Shown: one piece after another, positions 48,564 to 58,878 of the stretch | How the letters are laid out: each line of letters opens with the position of its first letter | How positions within the stretch are numbered: the stretch's first letter is position 1 | Source of the DNA: a virus | DNA length: 64,000 nt | Strand: one strand, 5' to 3' | IMG/VR virus record: IMGVR_UViG_3300017766_004165 | Coordinates: 4,655-68,654 of that record | Position numbers and translations under genes: made by a program | Notes under the pieces: generated by a model | What the model saw: only the letters and a program-made list of their open reading frames with translations | Told to the model about the DNA's origin: nothing | The model's database searches: none

Positions 48564-48646
48564 TGTAAATGGTTTGTGTTAAACAAGAGAGCTATCATGG
48601 ACATCCGAGGGATCTCTAAGCTCTCTTGTTAACTATTTAAAGAATA

Positions 48647-49435
48647 TTATACCTTATCGCTTTTCAGGACAGTAACACCCTGCTTTACAGCATCAGCATA
48701 CATACCATCTACATAATTGTAGAAGTCCTGGGGTAATCCAACTACATTGCTCATACAGTCTTCCAGCACTACAATTTTACTTGCAAGCTGAGGAGCTATT
48801 TGAAGCATTTGTCTCAGGGAATTGGCAACACAATGGGTTCTGGCTTGTCCAGCTAAATATACCACATCATGTGCATTCAGGGTTTGAAATACACCCTGGT
48901 TCACCTGTGTTGACGGATCTTCATTCAACGGCACATTGGCTCTGAAAATACCAAAATGCTCAGTATAAGGATTTACACCTTTATTGATGAAATTTACCCA
49001 TTTAAGGTTCTTATTCATCCATTCACGAAGGGCTGCAAAAAACATGGGATGCAAAGCCTGTCCTTCAGTACCAATCAGACAATGTTCTGGCCATATTGTA
49101 TGCTTAAATTCACCATTAGCTTCCAGGGCTTGCACATATTTTAATGATCTTGCTGGGTCAATTCTGGCTACATATCTGCCATTTAAAATATCATCTGAGG
49201 ACATTTGTGTAAATATGTCAACAGAGTCTCCATTTGGTTTTTCCCACCAGCTTGGGTGAGATATATCCAGTGAATAATGTGAGTCGAGAGAAGCAAATAT
49301 CGTAGTAGGGTTAATCTTTTTGATAAATGCTGCAATACGCTCAGTGTCTTTTACTGCTCCAGGTACAGACAATGCTGCACCAGAAATGTCATGAAAGTCA
49401 TTTTGACCGTCAATGACGAGAAGGACGCTTTTCAT
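48647..49435 (-). CDS. isochorismatase-family hydrolase, PncA-like nicotinamidase
   Basis: LLVIDGQNDFHDISGAALSVPGA parallels PncA ALIIVDVQNDFCEGGSLAV; candidate catalytic Cys in ARTHCVANS (compare ATDYCV). Confidence 0.55.
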   Translation of the reverse strand: MKSVLLVIDGQNDFHDISGAALSVPGAVKDTERIAAFIKKINPTTIFASLDSHYSLDISHPSWWEKPNGDSVDIFTQMSSDDILNGRYVARIDPARSLKYVQALEANGEFKHTIWPEHCLIGTEGQALHPMFFAALREWMNKNLKWVNFINKGVNPYTEHFGIFRANVPLNEDPSTQVNQGVFQTLNAHDVVYLAGQARTHCVANSLRQMLQIAPQLASKIVVLEDCMSNVVGLPQDFYNYVDGMYADAVKQGVTVLKSDKV

Positions 49436-49608
49436 AATTTTTTATTGTTTTGTTTTGTAAAGTGATTAGTGAGGATATAAGTCATAAGGAGAATCATATT
49501 CTTCTCCACATTTAGGACAAATATCTGTTAAATCATCTTTATAAATATTAAATGGATGAAATAACATACACCAAATTCTTTTTAAAATATAGTATATAAA
49601 TTTTTTCA

Positions 49609-51228
49609 TCATTTAGTATTTAAAAGATAAAGTGTTTTGTTCTCCAATAACAGAATTCCAGCTTTCGTGTAAAAGAGTCTGCTATCTCTTGTACATATAG
49701 GACATTCAAGCCTGGTTAGAAGCTGAAGGTTCATATAAACATCCACATATCCATCTTCAGGAAGCATGATAGTACCTCCTAATGCAACAGCAAAATGTGG
49801 TAAGTAATCAAGATCTAAGACTTTATGGTTGTTTGCATCTTTTACATATCTTACCTGATATTCAACACTATTTTTTCCTTTGATTTCTAAAGCAACATAT
49901 TCTTTGCAATAAAAACCATCTTTAGTTCCATTTGGAACTGGAATCATAGCATATCTATTCAAATAAGGCACATTAAGATATTTTTGAGAACCAAAATTCT
50001 GGATTAATCCGGTTCTTTTAACAATTGATTTAGCAAATACAGGTGTATTAGTGTTATCTATACCACCACCAAGCTGATTATTAAGATCATAATTCCATTG
50101 TATGTCTCTATCATACTCTATTACAGTTAGAAATCCATTATTGTAATAGAATATAGGATTATGCAAAACATACATCTTGCCTGTTTGTGAGAATAGATCG
50201 TCTCCTACTCTAATGGCATGATTACCACTATTACTAGGAAACATTTCATCACAATCAAAGCGTTTAACTTCTCTTGTGACTTTCTGTATCTTAGCTTCAT
50301 GTAAACACCATGTAATACCAGCTTTAATAGCTATATACTCATCACAAACATGAATGTCTGTAATATTATCGTATAAAGCTCTGATAGACAAAGCATTAGA
50401 TGTGGTTACTTGCTGTTTTATAACAGTTGATACAGGCACATGAACACCTGAAAGACTAACTAAGTATCTTCTACCACTATTGAAAATATCACTGAATTGT
50501 TTAAGCAAATCACCAGTGGGAGCTTCATATAATGGTGGAATTTTAATACCAGTTATTTTACTGAGTATAGATTTATGAGCTTTAACTCTCATTTCCAGGG
50601 ACTCTTTATTACCAGGTACAACCCATTTATAGGGATGACAAAATGTTGTAGTCCAAAATGCTAATACATCATAAGCATAGACATCAGTTTGTTCATTAAT
50701 AGCAGTCGTAGTCCAATCTCTTATGTCATCTAATAGAACACCACTATGGGTATTTGTTGGAGTTTGAAAACTGTCTACATCCACAAAGATTATATCTCCT
50801 TGTGTATTAAAGAACAAATTATATTGGTTAAGATCACCAACCACAATTTGATGATTATGTATGTGTTCTAAAGCCATTTTAAGCTTGGTCATTATCTTGA
50901 ATTTCAATGCTTTATCAATATTATTTGCTCCACAAAATCCTTTATTAAAGAGATTGTTGAACAAAAAATACTTATTAAAGTCCACATATTGCATATCAAA
51001 ACCTATAACTTTGAGTGTTTTGTTGATATAAATATCAATAGGTTTAATAAACATTGGCCCTAATGTAGATAATGTAACCAAATGATCTGCAAATTTACTG
51101 TCTCTGAGCTTGTGGTACACTTTAACCACTTTGTTTTTGTCTGAAGGATGCTCAAATATTTTCCCTTCACCACCAGCAGCAATCTCTCGGTGCTTAGTGA
51201 AATCTGACACATTAGCTGTCTTTACCAT
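49609..51228 (-). CDS. Ser/Thr protein kinase-like protein
   Basis: Gly-rich loop AAGGEGKIF followed by KVVKVY; catalytic-loop-like HNHQIVVGDLNQYNLFF; DFG-like FVDVDSF; 539 aa. Confidence 0.5.
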   Translation of the reverse strand: MVKTANVSDFTKHREIAAGGEGKIFEHPSDKNKVVKVYHKLRDSKFADHLVTLSTLGPMFIKPIDIYINKTLKVIGFDMQYVDFNKYFLFNNLFNKGFCGANNIDKALKFKIMTKLKMALEHIHNHQIVVGDLNQYNLFFNTQGDIIFVDVDSFQTPTNTHSGVLLDDIRDWTTTAINEQTDVYAYDVLAFWTTTFCHPYKWVVPGNKESLEMRVKAHKSILSKITGIKIPPLYEAPTGDLLKQFSDIFNSGRRYLVSLSGVHVPVSTVIKQQVTTSNALSIRALYDNITDIHVCDEYIAIKAGITWCLHEAKIQKVTREVKRFDCDEMFPSNSGNHAIRVGDDLFSQTGKMYVLHNPIFYYNNGFLTVIEYDRDIQWNYDLNNQLGGGIDNTNTPVFAKSIVKRTGLIQNFGSQKYLNVPYLNRYAMIPVPNGTKDGFYCKEYVALEIKGKNSVEYQVRYVKDANNHKVLDLDYLPHFAVALGGTIMLPEDGYVDVYMNLQLLTRLECPICTRDSRLFYTKAGILLLENKTLYLLNTK

Positions 51229-51907
51229 AACTTACAATTGTGAGATCATCAGTTAATGAAAACTTATCTCTTTTAATAAGATTCCACATACGTTCAAGAT
51301 AATTCTTGCTTGTAGGTGGATGGAATAACAGCTTATTCGGATCAACAGTAGCATTTTGTTGCATAGCACTTCTACTAATCCTGGTAATACCATCAGAACA
51401 TATCATAAATCTCTCTACATCATAATATGTCATAGAAGGATATTTCTTTAGATATTCATCAAAATCAGTAGGATTTTTATAAATATGATAACCTAGATAA
51501 TCAGGAGTATTATTTTGATCAACAATATATTCCACATCATTAATGTAATAATAACCATCACCAAATACTCTGATATTCAAAATATTATCAATTTTATTAT
51601 AATGAAAAAGTATAACCGTAGCTAAAAGATTCATTTCTTCAAGACCAAGAACTCCAGATAGAGCTAATAACCTCAATTTCATTTCTCTTAAAACATTATC
51701 ATTTACACTATTTCCACTTGCTACTTGTTCAAAAGCATAGCAATATGCTTGAGAAGCAAAATGAGATTTAATACCAGTACTACATCCATCAGATATAATA
51801 CCATCTATAAAATTCTCATTTTCAACAACTAATACACTGTCTTCACATGAATTGTGATGGTCAGCTCTGACATTTAAGGTTGCTATCATTTTTCTATGAT
51901 TTGCCAA
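51212..51907 (-). CDS. PP2C-like Ser/Thr phosphatase
   Basis: EDSVLVV, ISDGCSTG (compare DGHGG), FGDGYYY and CSDG resemble PP2C/SpoIIE metal-binding motifs; overlaps the kinase gene by 17 nt. Confidence 0.45.
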   Translation of the reverse strand: MANHRKMIATLNVRADHHNSCEDSVLVVENENFIDGIISDGCSTGIKSHFASQAYCYAFEQVASGNSVNDNVLREMKLRLLALSGVLGLEEMNLLATVILFHYNKIDNILNIRVFGDGYYYINDVEYIVDQNNTPDYLGYHIYKNPTDFDEYLKKYPSMTYYDVERFMICSDGITRISRSAMQQNATVDPNKLLFHPPTSKNYLERMWNLIKRDKFSLTDDLTIVSYGKDS

Positions 51908-52227
51908 CTGTTTGATGTATAAGTTTTTTTGATTCTTTTTTTAAATTCCACCACATTATTTGATTTCTTTTTCTTTGTTTTACTCCAGGGCCAGGGTTTA
52001 TATTCAATAATAGAATCATCAGTGATTTCATTTATATCATATGTACCTGTATCTAAAGATAAACCTAATTGTGATGCTTCACCGGTTACTTTAATCCAAC
52101 CATCAGGACTTATTTCAATTTCAACATTATAGTGTTTATGGTATGTACTAATAGCTGTACTATCAATAATTAACTGGCCTTTATTTGATTGAATATCAGC
52201 TACTTCAAAAAATTTGTTTTTCATCAT
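51886..52227 (-). CDS. possible FHA-like small protein
   Basis: LIIDSTAISTYHKHYNVEI...DGWIKVTGEASQLGLSLDTG loosely follows the FHA pattern (SxxH ... G..NGT); weak. Confidence 0.25.
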   Translation of the reverse strand: MMKNKFFEVADIQSNKGQLIIDSTAISTYHKHYNVEIEISPDGWIKVTGEASQLGLSLDTGTYDINEITDDSIIEYKPWPWSKTKKKKSNNVVEFKKRIKKTYTSNSWQIIEK

Positions 52228-52445
52228 GATTCTTTTAGATGATTGGTAATTTTGATAGTAAAAACACTATTTCTTTTTAATAGGTTTTTTAGACAAAGCT
52301 TTTGTTTTTGTTATGGTTAAAGAAGATTGTGAAACTTCATTATCTTCCATTTTATCCCAAAACAAAGTTTCAGCACCTTTTTTACTAGAAGCTGTTACTT
52401 TAGCACTAAAGGTTGCTTTTACGAGATATTCTGATAATTGTGGCA

Positions 52446-52916
52446 TTAGCTTTCTTTTAAATGGTTAGTAATTTCGGTTGTTGATTGAAATCTCTTAATA
52501 TCTGGTATTACAAAATGCTCAGTATTACCACCATATACGATAGCTTTACCACCATATATAGTATCACTATGCTTAAATATTCTTATTAAGCTGTTTTCTT
52601 TACCAGAAATCATTCTGATAGCATCAGACATTTCTGATAACTCATCAAATACCATAACACCAGTTACAGATTTAAGATTATCAACCATATAAGCTCTATC
52701 CATTTCATTAATCAATGGACTTTTCTTTTTATGTATTTGGACAAGCCTATCTGAATCCAAAAACACATATAATTCTTTGCATTGTCTTTTACATTTATTT
52801 AGATACTCAACATGAAGAGGATGTAAAAGATCAAAACAGCCAGATGTAACACCAATAAGATTATTCTCACTGGCTAATACAAACTGACTGAAATCTTCAG
52901 TGTTATAAAATACCAT
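52446..52916 (-). CDS. cytidylyltransferase-like nucleotidyltransferase (HxGH family; NMN/NaMN adenylyltransferase candidate)
   Basis: GVTSGCFDLLHPLHVEYL is a (T/H)xGH motif (GxFDxxHxxH) typical of PF01467 enzymes, including NadD/NMNAT; 156 aa. Confidence 0.5.
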   Translation of the reverse strand: MVFYNTEDFSQFVLASENNLIGVTSGCFDLLHPLHVEYLNKCKRQCKELYVFLDSDRLVQIHKKKSPLINEMDRAYMVDNLKSVTGVMVFDELSEMSDAIRMISGKENSLIRIFKHSDTIYGGKAIVYGGNTEHFVIPDIKRFQSTTEITNHLKES

Positions 52917-53219
52917 AAATAATGATTTAAAAGTTAAAGGGTAGCCATTACAGCTACCCTTATAAGGTAAAAAACTGGGTGAACTGATTCAGTCCAGATA
53001 AACCCTTTTAGTGCTGTTCTCTGGGGAAGCACGTTTTTCATTGTTGGAAACAATATCTTAATATCTTTGTGTAATAGTTATTACTAATACATAAACTACA
53101 TAATCTCTTGTAGAACTAGAATGTACTACTTTATAACCATCTTCCAAATATTTTCCTAATGTTTCTAAAGAGCTTGGATTTCTAGGATCAACTGAAAGGA
53201 CTTTATATTTTTGCATATA

Positions 53220-53723
53220 CTATTTGTTTAATAATTCTGCAACATAATTATTCCATTTTACCTGAGATATTGAATCTCTTGAATGATCAACAGCTTTATC
53301 ATACCATTTTTGCATTGAATCAAGTTTATAACTATATGAATTATATAGATTTATAAGCTCTGATTTTGTTAATGCTTTAGGTAGTTTAATTAATATGCTG
53401 TCTAACTTTATTGACATATAATTTGATATATCAAAGTGTAATTGTTCATGTTGTAGTATTTCCTTTTTAAATCTTGTTTGGCCATGAATATACCACATTG
53501 ATCCTTTCTTATCAAATACAGCATAGGCTCTCCATCCACATGGTCTGCTATTATCTTTATTCATCCATATACCAGTTGATGTAATAGCAGTAGCACCATT
53601 TGGTAATGGTGTAGATACTTGTACAAAATCTGTATATGTAAGTTTCCTATTTTTATTCCATGTAATAGTATTAGGATCATTAATGAATAAAAGCATGAGT
53701 AATAGTAACTTATTCATAATCAA
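53220..53723 (-). CDS. secreted HExxH-motif protein (DUF922-like putative zinc peptidase)
   Basis: Signal peptide MIMNKLLLLMLLF; HEQLH motif in EILQHEQLHFD. Confidence 0.4.
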   Translation of the reverse strand: MIMNKLLLLMLLFINDPNTITWNKNRKLTYTDFVQVSTPLPNGATAITSTGIWMNKDNSRPCGWRAYAVFDKKGSMWYIHGQTRFKKEILQHEQLHFDISNYMSIKLDSILIKLPKALTKSELINLYNSYSYKLDSMQKWYDKAVDHSRDSISQVKWNNYVAELLNK

Positions 53724-53789
53724 TATAATAAACTGTGAATTAAATAATAAAGTAGCCAGGTTTATTATAACCCAGCTACTTTATTGCTA

Positions 53790-54266
53790 CTAATATCTTC
53801 TGCAAAAATCACTCTTTACCAGGCTTAAACGTAAACCTAATCCAACGATGGTTGTCTTCTGTGCGTAGGCAACACCAAATTGTAATTGGGCTTGAGGAAA
53901 TCTTTCCATTGTTTTGTAAGCGTATAAGCTGTACATTGTACTACCTGTATTTAGTGCTTTATTATCACTACTCCTGTAATAATGAGCAGCACCAACAGCA
54001 GGTTGTATGCTCCAATAATCATTGATATTTACAGTATGGCCAATTCTCACATTAAATATAGTACCGTTTCCAACGACAGGGCTAATGTGTGAAATCATAC
54101 CAGCTTGTATATCAATAATTTTGAAGTCATATCCCAGGGATACTTCAGCAGTTGCAGTTTTATTTGTGGAGTAACCTGCTAAACCACCAATATGAAATTG
54201 TGCATTTGATTGTACACTGAATATTGTAAATGCAATAAACAATACCAGGATTTTGATTTGTTTCAT
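53790..54266 (-). CDS. outer-membrane beta-barrel protein (OmpW/PorT-like)
   Basis: Signal peptide ending SNAQ; alternating hydrophobic pattern with aromatic residues; a C-terminal Phe/Tyr-containing strand typical of Bacteroidota OM beta-barrels. Confidence 0.5.
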   Translation of the reverse strand: MKQIKILVLFIAFTIFSVQSNAQFHIGGLAGYSTNKTATAEVSLGYDFKIIDIQAGMISHISPVVGNGTIFNVRIGHTVNINDYWSIQPAVGAAHYYRSSDNKALNTGSTMYSLYAYKTMERFPQAQLQFGVAYAQKTTIVGLGLRLSLVKSDFCRRY

Positions 54267-55037
54267 AATGTACTTATTGTTAAAAATTGTTGTTTACTAA
54301 TTAAAAATAGAGATCTAAGACGAGTGTTGTGTAGTCTATCGTCATATTCTGTTCACATTCCCCCACTTCTTTCACTGATGTCACAGTTATACTCATGTGT
54401 GGTACACATAAGCTCTCAGACTCTATCCACCATGAACCATCCAAAGATTCTTTAATAATATAATAAAATAAATAAAATAGTTTAAAAAACCAGCTTTCCT
54501 ATGGCTTGGTCAGCCCCATTGCCCATAAGAGCATAGCATTTCAGCTACGATTCAAATGAGAGGGTTCTTACAAGGAACGGAAAGCTGGTACTTGGATCAC
54601 ACATCATTAGAAACAAATTATTAATATCAAGATAGAGATTTTATCCCAGGCTTAATATTATATGTGTATTCTAATGTTATGGTGTATATATCCTTACTAA
54701 TCTATTGAGCCATTACACATAGTTTTAATATGTATATTGTTTGCATTTCGCAAAACTAGTAATGATTATTGTGTGTTGTTTTTAAATGTAGTTTGTCTTA
54801 TAAATATATGCTTATTGCAAGTCCACATATAGTCATAATTGGTAAGTAATTGTCGTAATACAAATGCGCTGTCTTTTGAGACAAATAATACGAACTTGGT
54901 TGTTTATGTACTTTTCCCGTCAGAATCCTACTAAACGAAATCACACTCTATTCGTATTTTGAAGTGTAATCGTACCTATATTTGGGGTTAGGTTACTATG
55001 AAATCCCCATATCGAGTTGAAGCAAATACAATCGTTA

Positions 55038-55613
55038 TTATTTTACTTCACTTTCTTTTGCTCCACTTGCGGCCTGTTCTTTTTTTGGATTATCAGTAAA
55101 AGGAAATACTGGTACATATGTATGCTTATGATAATGATGATCAGGTTGATATTTATTAAAATTTTTAGATGTATCAATTATAGCATTACCACCAGCCACA
55201 TGGAAATGATTTACAACAGGTGTAACAGGGTGATTGTGATTACATTGTGAATGACGATTACAATTACATTTATCTTCACGTTGTAACAACCAGATAATAA
55301 ACCAGGCTAATAAACCAACAGATAATATTGCAGCTAACCAACTACCAATGGAATATTTATCATCTTTTTGTGATATTTCTATCACTCTTTCTATTGGGTA
55401 ATAGTTATTTACAATGGGTTGCTCCTTAATAATAACAGGATCAACAGGTTTAGGAGCAATTGGCCTGTTAATAATAACTCTGGGTCTTTGGTCAAGAATG
55501 ATTACTTTTCCATCACCTTTATTTACAATAGTATCTATATTAGATTGTGCAAATAAAAGTGTTGATAATGCTGCCAATATGATAGCAAGTACCAATAATA
55601 AGACTTTTTTCAT
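55038..55613 (-). CDS. signal-peptide membrane protein with a His/Cys-rich tail
   Basis: MKKVLLLVLAIILAALSTLLFAQS signal peptide; a second transmembrane segment; C-terminal CNCNRHSQCNHNHP...HHYHKH. Confidence 0.35.
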   Translation of the reverse strand: MKKVLLLVLAIILAALSTLLFAQSNIDTIVNKGDGKVIILDQRPRVIINRPIAPKPVDPVIIKEQPIVNNYYPIERVIEISQKDDKYSIGSWLAAILSVGLLAWFIIWLLQREDKCNCNRHSQCNHNHPVTPVVNHFHVAGGNAIIDTSKNFNKYQPDHHYHKHTYVPVFPFTDNPKKEQAASGAKESEVK

Positions 55614-56832
55614 AATTTATGATGATGTTTTGTTTATGTAATAATGGGTCAACATCTATAACTGCATCGGTTTTTAAGCATACAGCAGGTTAATATTGAC
55701 CCTTTGGTTGGAGATGTATTTGCCTCAGTTTAGTCTCAGGTCATAATAGTTCATACTCAGATATGTACTATTATGTTTATCCTTTAGTTCTTCGGAGCAT
55801 CTCACATGATTCCCTAATAAGGGTTATTTAAAGTTTAAATTAATTAATTACTCTAAGGTCTGCACAAGCATAAATAAGTTTATGGAGCATTGATGTTTGC
55901 GAACATCTACCGCTATGAGCATAACTAATTAATTAAAGATTTTGGAGACCACGCCCATTTAACGATGTCGTGTAGGATGATGCCATTTAATCTCCTAATA
56001 TTTTTATTCCTTTGGCACTCAGTCGTAATATTTCGATATAAGTCCTAATTTATGGGATACTGTGACTAACCCCTTCTAAATATTACAACTATCTCATCTT
56101 ATTTAAAAGCTGATTAATTACTGCCTAGCACTCAGCATTATCTGTTAGTATTTGGCACATCGAATTAATTAGGTAGTTTTATATCTTAGCATAGTTTAAC
56201 ATCGAGTCCTGAAGGAGGAAGCTTTTCTTCTAAGATATATAACTATATGAGAATGAGTGCATCAGGATTATACCTATTGCTCGTTAGAACTCCTATAAAT
56301 AAGAGTAAACCCCAAACGCAAGATATAATATTGTGATATGTTATAATAAATAAAAATTACGCCAGCTTAACAGGTAGAACCGTATCCGCCAACTAATTCA
56401 ATAGCTATTGGTCATAGTAAGCCCCAAGTACCACTGACGTAATATGTTTCATGCTCAAGGTTAATAGTTATAGATCAATCAGTAATTTCTTTGCAAGCTC
56501 TTATTCTACGATAAATAATCATATCAACAAAAGCTAGTAATCCTATTAACATTGATAATGAAAAGATGACCAACATTGTTGGTTGAAATGAGATTATAGA
56601 AGTATTTCTGATGATAGAGAATATTATTGCAACCAATCCAATAAATAGGTTGATAATCATTAACAACCAACCAATTGCACTCATAATACCTCTTACTTCT
56701 CTTAATCTATTGTATGTAGATTTAGTCATAGCTTAAAAAATGAGTCCAAAGATAGAAATCAATGGACTCTAACGATTGCTTGCCATATAAAATAGATCTG
56801 ACTTATCATCCAAAAAAGAATAATATCTTAAT

Positions 56833-57237
56833 TTATTGATTATCAATTAATATTAAACTATCAAGTGCTGATTTATCATTCCATTTACCAAAGCCTAAAT
56901 ACTTTGGCCCAGCATACAGATGAAAACCTTTTATATTAACACTTAATTGATAGTCTTTGAATTGATTAGAATAATCAACATGGTCAAAAGCAATGTAAAT
57001 AACTTTCTGAACTGGATCTATTACCCCATATAGATTAGTACGAGCTAAACTATCATCAGATAATGTATCCATTCGTGTAATCTCTTCAGGTAAATCAATT
57101 TTATAACCATTGAGATACCTTTGTGAATCACTTGTAAAAGATTGACTGTTCTTATTAGCACCAACACCAACACCAACGATCATACCTACTACAAATACAG
57201 CACAAAAACCTACAAGATTAATAATATCCTTTTGCAT
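56833..57237 (-). CDS. secreted hypothetical protein
   Basis: N-terminal hydrophobic segment; 134 aa. Confidence 0.3.
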   Translation of the reverse strand: MQKDIINLVGFCAVFVVGMIVGVGVGANKNSQSFTSDSQRYLNGYKIDLPEEITRMDTLSDDSLARTNLYGVIDPVQKVIYIAFDHVDYSNQFKDYQLSVNIKGFHLYAGPKYLGFGKWNDKSALDSLILIDNQ

Positions 57238-57321
57238 ATAGTGAGTGTATTAGTTTAAATAAAAAGGGAAGCCAAGAGCTATAACTCTCAGTCATCCCTG
57301 TTGAACCCGTCCTAGAGTATT

Positions 57322-57693
57322 TTATTCAGCTCCTTCATCATCAACAAGACAAATGAGTTTAAAACCATTATTAAGAACCATGTAGAAGCCATAACTATCC
57401 TGGATAAGATCACCAACACTGGTAGATCTTGCTTTATAACTGGCATAATCAGGATTGAATTCATTTTGTGAAAGCTTAAAAGCTTCATCCATATTATTGG
57501 CCATAACATGACCTATATATTTACGAGGCTGTTTATCAACCTCTTGAAACATATATTTCTTGTTAACAGCATGATAAATATGAAACATTTCAAGCACTTT
57601 CTTTGGCCCTTCAAAAGCTCCAATATCTTCAGGATTATTATTCTTAATATCCTGGTTGGTGGTAAATGTGGTGATTGATTTAGATTCAGACAT
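57322..57693 (-). CDS. hypothetical protein
   Basis: 123-aa ORF. Confidence 0.3.
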   Translation of the reverse strand: MSESKSITTFTTNQDIKNNNPEDIGAFEGPKKVLEMFHIYHAVNKKYMFQEVDKQPRKYIGHVMANNMDEAFKLSQNEFNPDYASYKARSTSVGDLIQDSYGFYMVLNNGFKLICLVDDEGAE

Positions 57694-58311
57694 ATATATG
57701 ACAATTTATTAACACAATTGAAAATGGCTTATTATATTTCAAACAAGCCATTTGTTGTAACTTAAGCTGTTATGAATTCAAAGCTTTAAGTCTTCAAGGG
57801 TAAGTGAATATCTTTAAACACTAGCTAATATTACTGAAGATATATCTCAAAAGCAACACAAGACCAACAAAGCATAATAACAACAAGAACAACACAAACC
57901 AATAGTTCTTATACTTATCTCTATTTGGTCTCTTATCATTAGCCTCCTCATCATATTCTCCCTTAACATTAACCCAATGTCCTAAATCCTCATTGAATAC
58001 AAGATCAGGATTAAGAGCATAAAGCATTGAACCAATAACAAGCTCACCATGAGTATTAACCACCATAGATGTAGATGCTCTCATAAGCTATTATTGTTTA
58101 TAAATGAACAGTTTTAGAACAACTATCCAATACTCAACAAAACCAGGATTAATAACACACCATCTCTCTTATATTTCTTGTGAAACATTCTAAATATATC
58201 AGTGTTCCACATGAAACAGTGGGCATAAGTCGTTAATAATCAACATTTCATGAGCATAAGTCGTAATTCTAATCAAATTTTTATATTTATTATCATAGCA
58301 ACATAGAATAA

Positions 58312-58349
58312 TTAACAAGTTACACCTGTCGGGAGGCATAACTTGTTAA
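58312..58349. terminator. hairpin after the 58361-58702 gene
   Basis: 11-bp perfect inverted repeat TTAACAAGTTA / TAACTTGTTAA with a 16-nt spacer, located immediately after the gene's stop. Confidence 0.4.
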
Positions 58350-58360
58350 TATTCAGCTTT

Positions 58361-58702
58361 TTAGTCTACAAAAGCACAGAATTTCACATTTCTGTTTTCA
58401 GTTACCAGTTCCCGGCAAATACAGTTCATAACTGCGCCTTCTTTATGTACTGAAGGATCAAAAGAGGCATTCACCCTGATACTGTATCCTTCCTTAGTGG
58501 TGAAATATGCGCCTTTATTGCCCTGAAATTCCCTGATTTCGATGTTACCTGTTAAGGTTGCGGTGAATGTGCTGCCAACTTCTTTTCCGTTAATAGGTGA
58601 ACCTAATGGCCTGCCTATCTTACTTTCAAGTTGTTTAGCTGTTAATCCTTTTGACTTGATTGTGTCAAGGACTTTAGTTTGAGGTTGTGTTACTGTTGCC
58701 AT
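58361..58702 (-). CDS. hypothetical protein (first gene of the minus block)
   Basis: 113-aa ORF next to the divergent promoter region. Confidence 0.35.
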   Translation of the reverse strand: MATVTQPQTKVLDTIKSKGLTAKQLESKIGRPLGSPINGKEVGSTFTATLTGNIEIREFQGNKGAYFTTKEGYSIRVNASFDPSVHKEGAVMNCICRELVTENRNVKFCAFVD

Positions 58703-58848
58703 GATATTAGCTTTTTATTTAAAATGATTTGTTTCTTTATTTGTATTGAATAAGTCAGCTTACAAACAAAGATACCCGACTACCCATGTTGCTACGCAAC
58801 AACCCAGGGTGTTGTATATGAGGTGGTCTTCATTTACATAGACATATC

Positions 58849-58878
58849 AAAATTTTTGGGGGAGAAAAAATTTTTGGG
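58849..58878. promoter_or_regulatory. direct repeats AAAATTTTTGGG (two copies) in the divergent intergenic region
   Basis: Copies at 58849-58860 and 58867-58878, between divergently transcribed genes (minus 58702, plus 58976). Confidence 0.3.

Noticed and set aside
54270-56470. Possible CRISPR array in the AT-rich repeat-containing region
   Set aside because: The repeats are short, degenerate and irregularly spaced. There is no run of identical 25-40 bp direct repeats with uniform spacers, and no cas genes.
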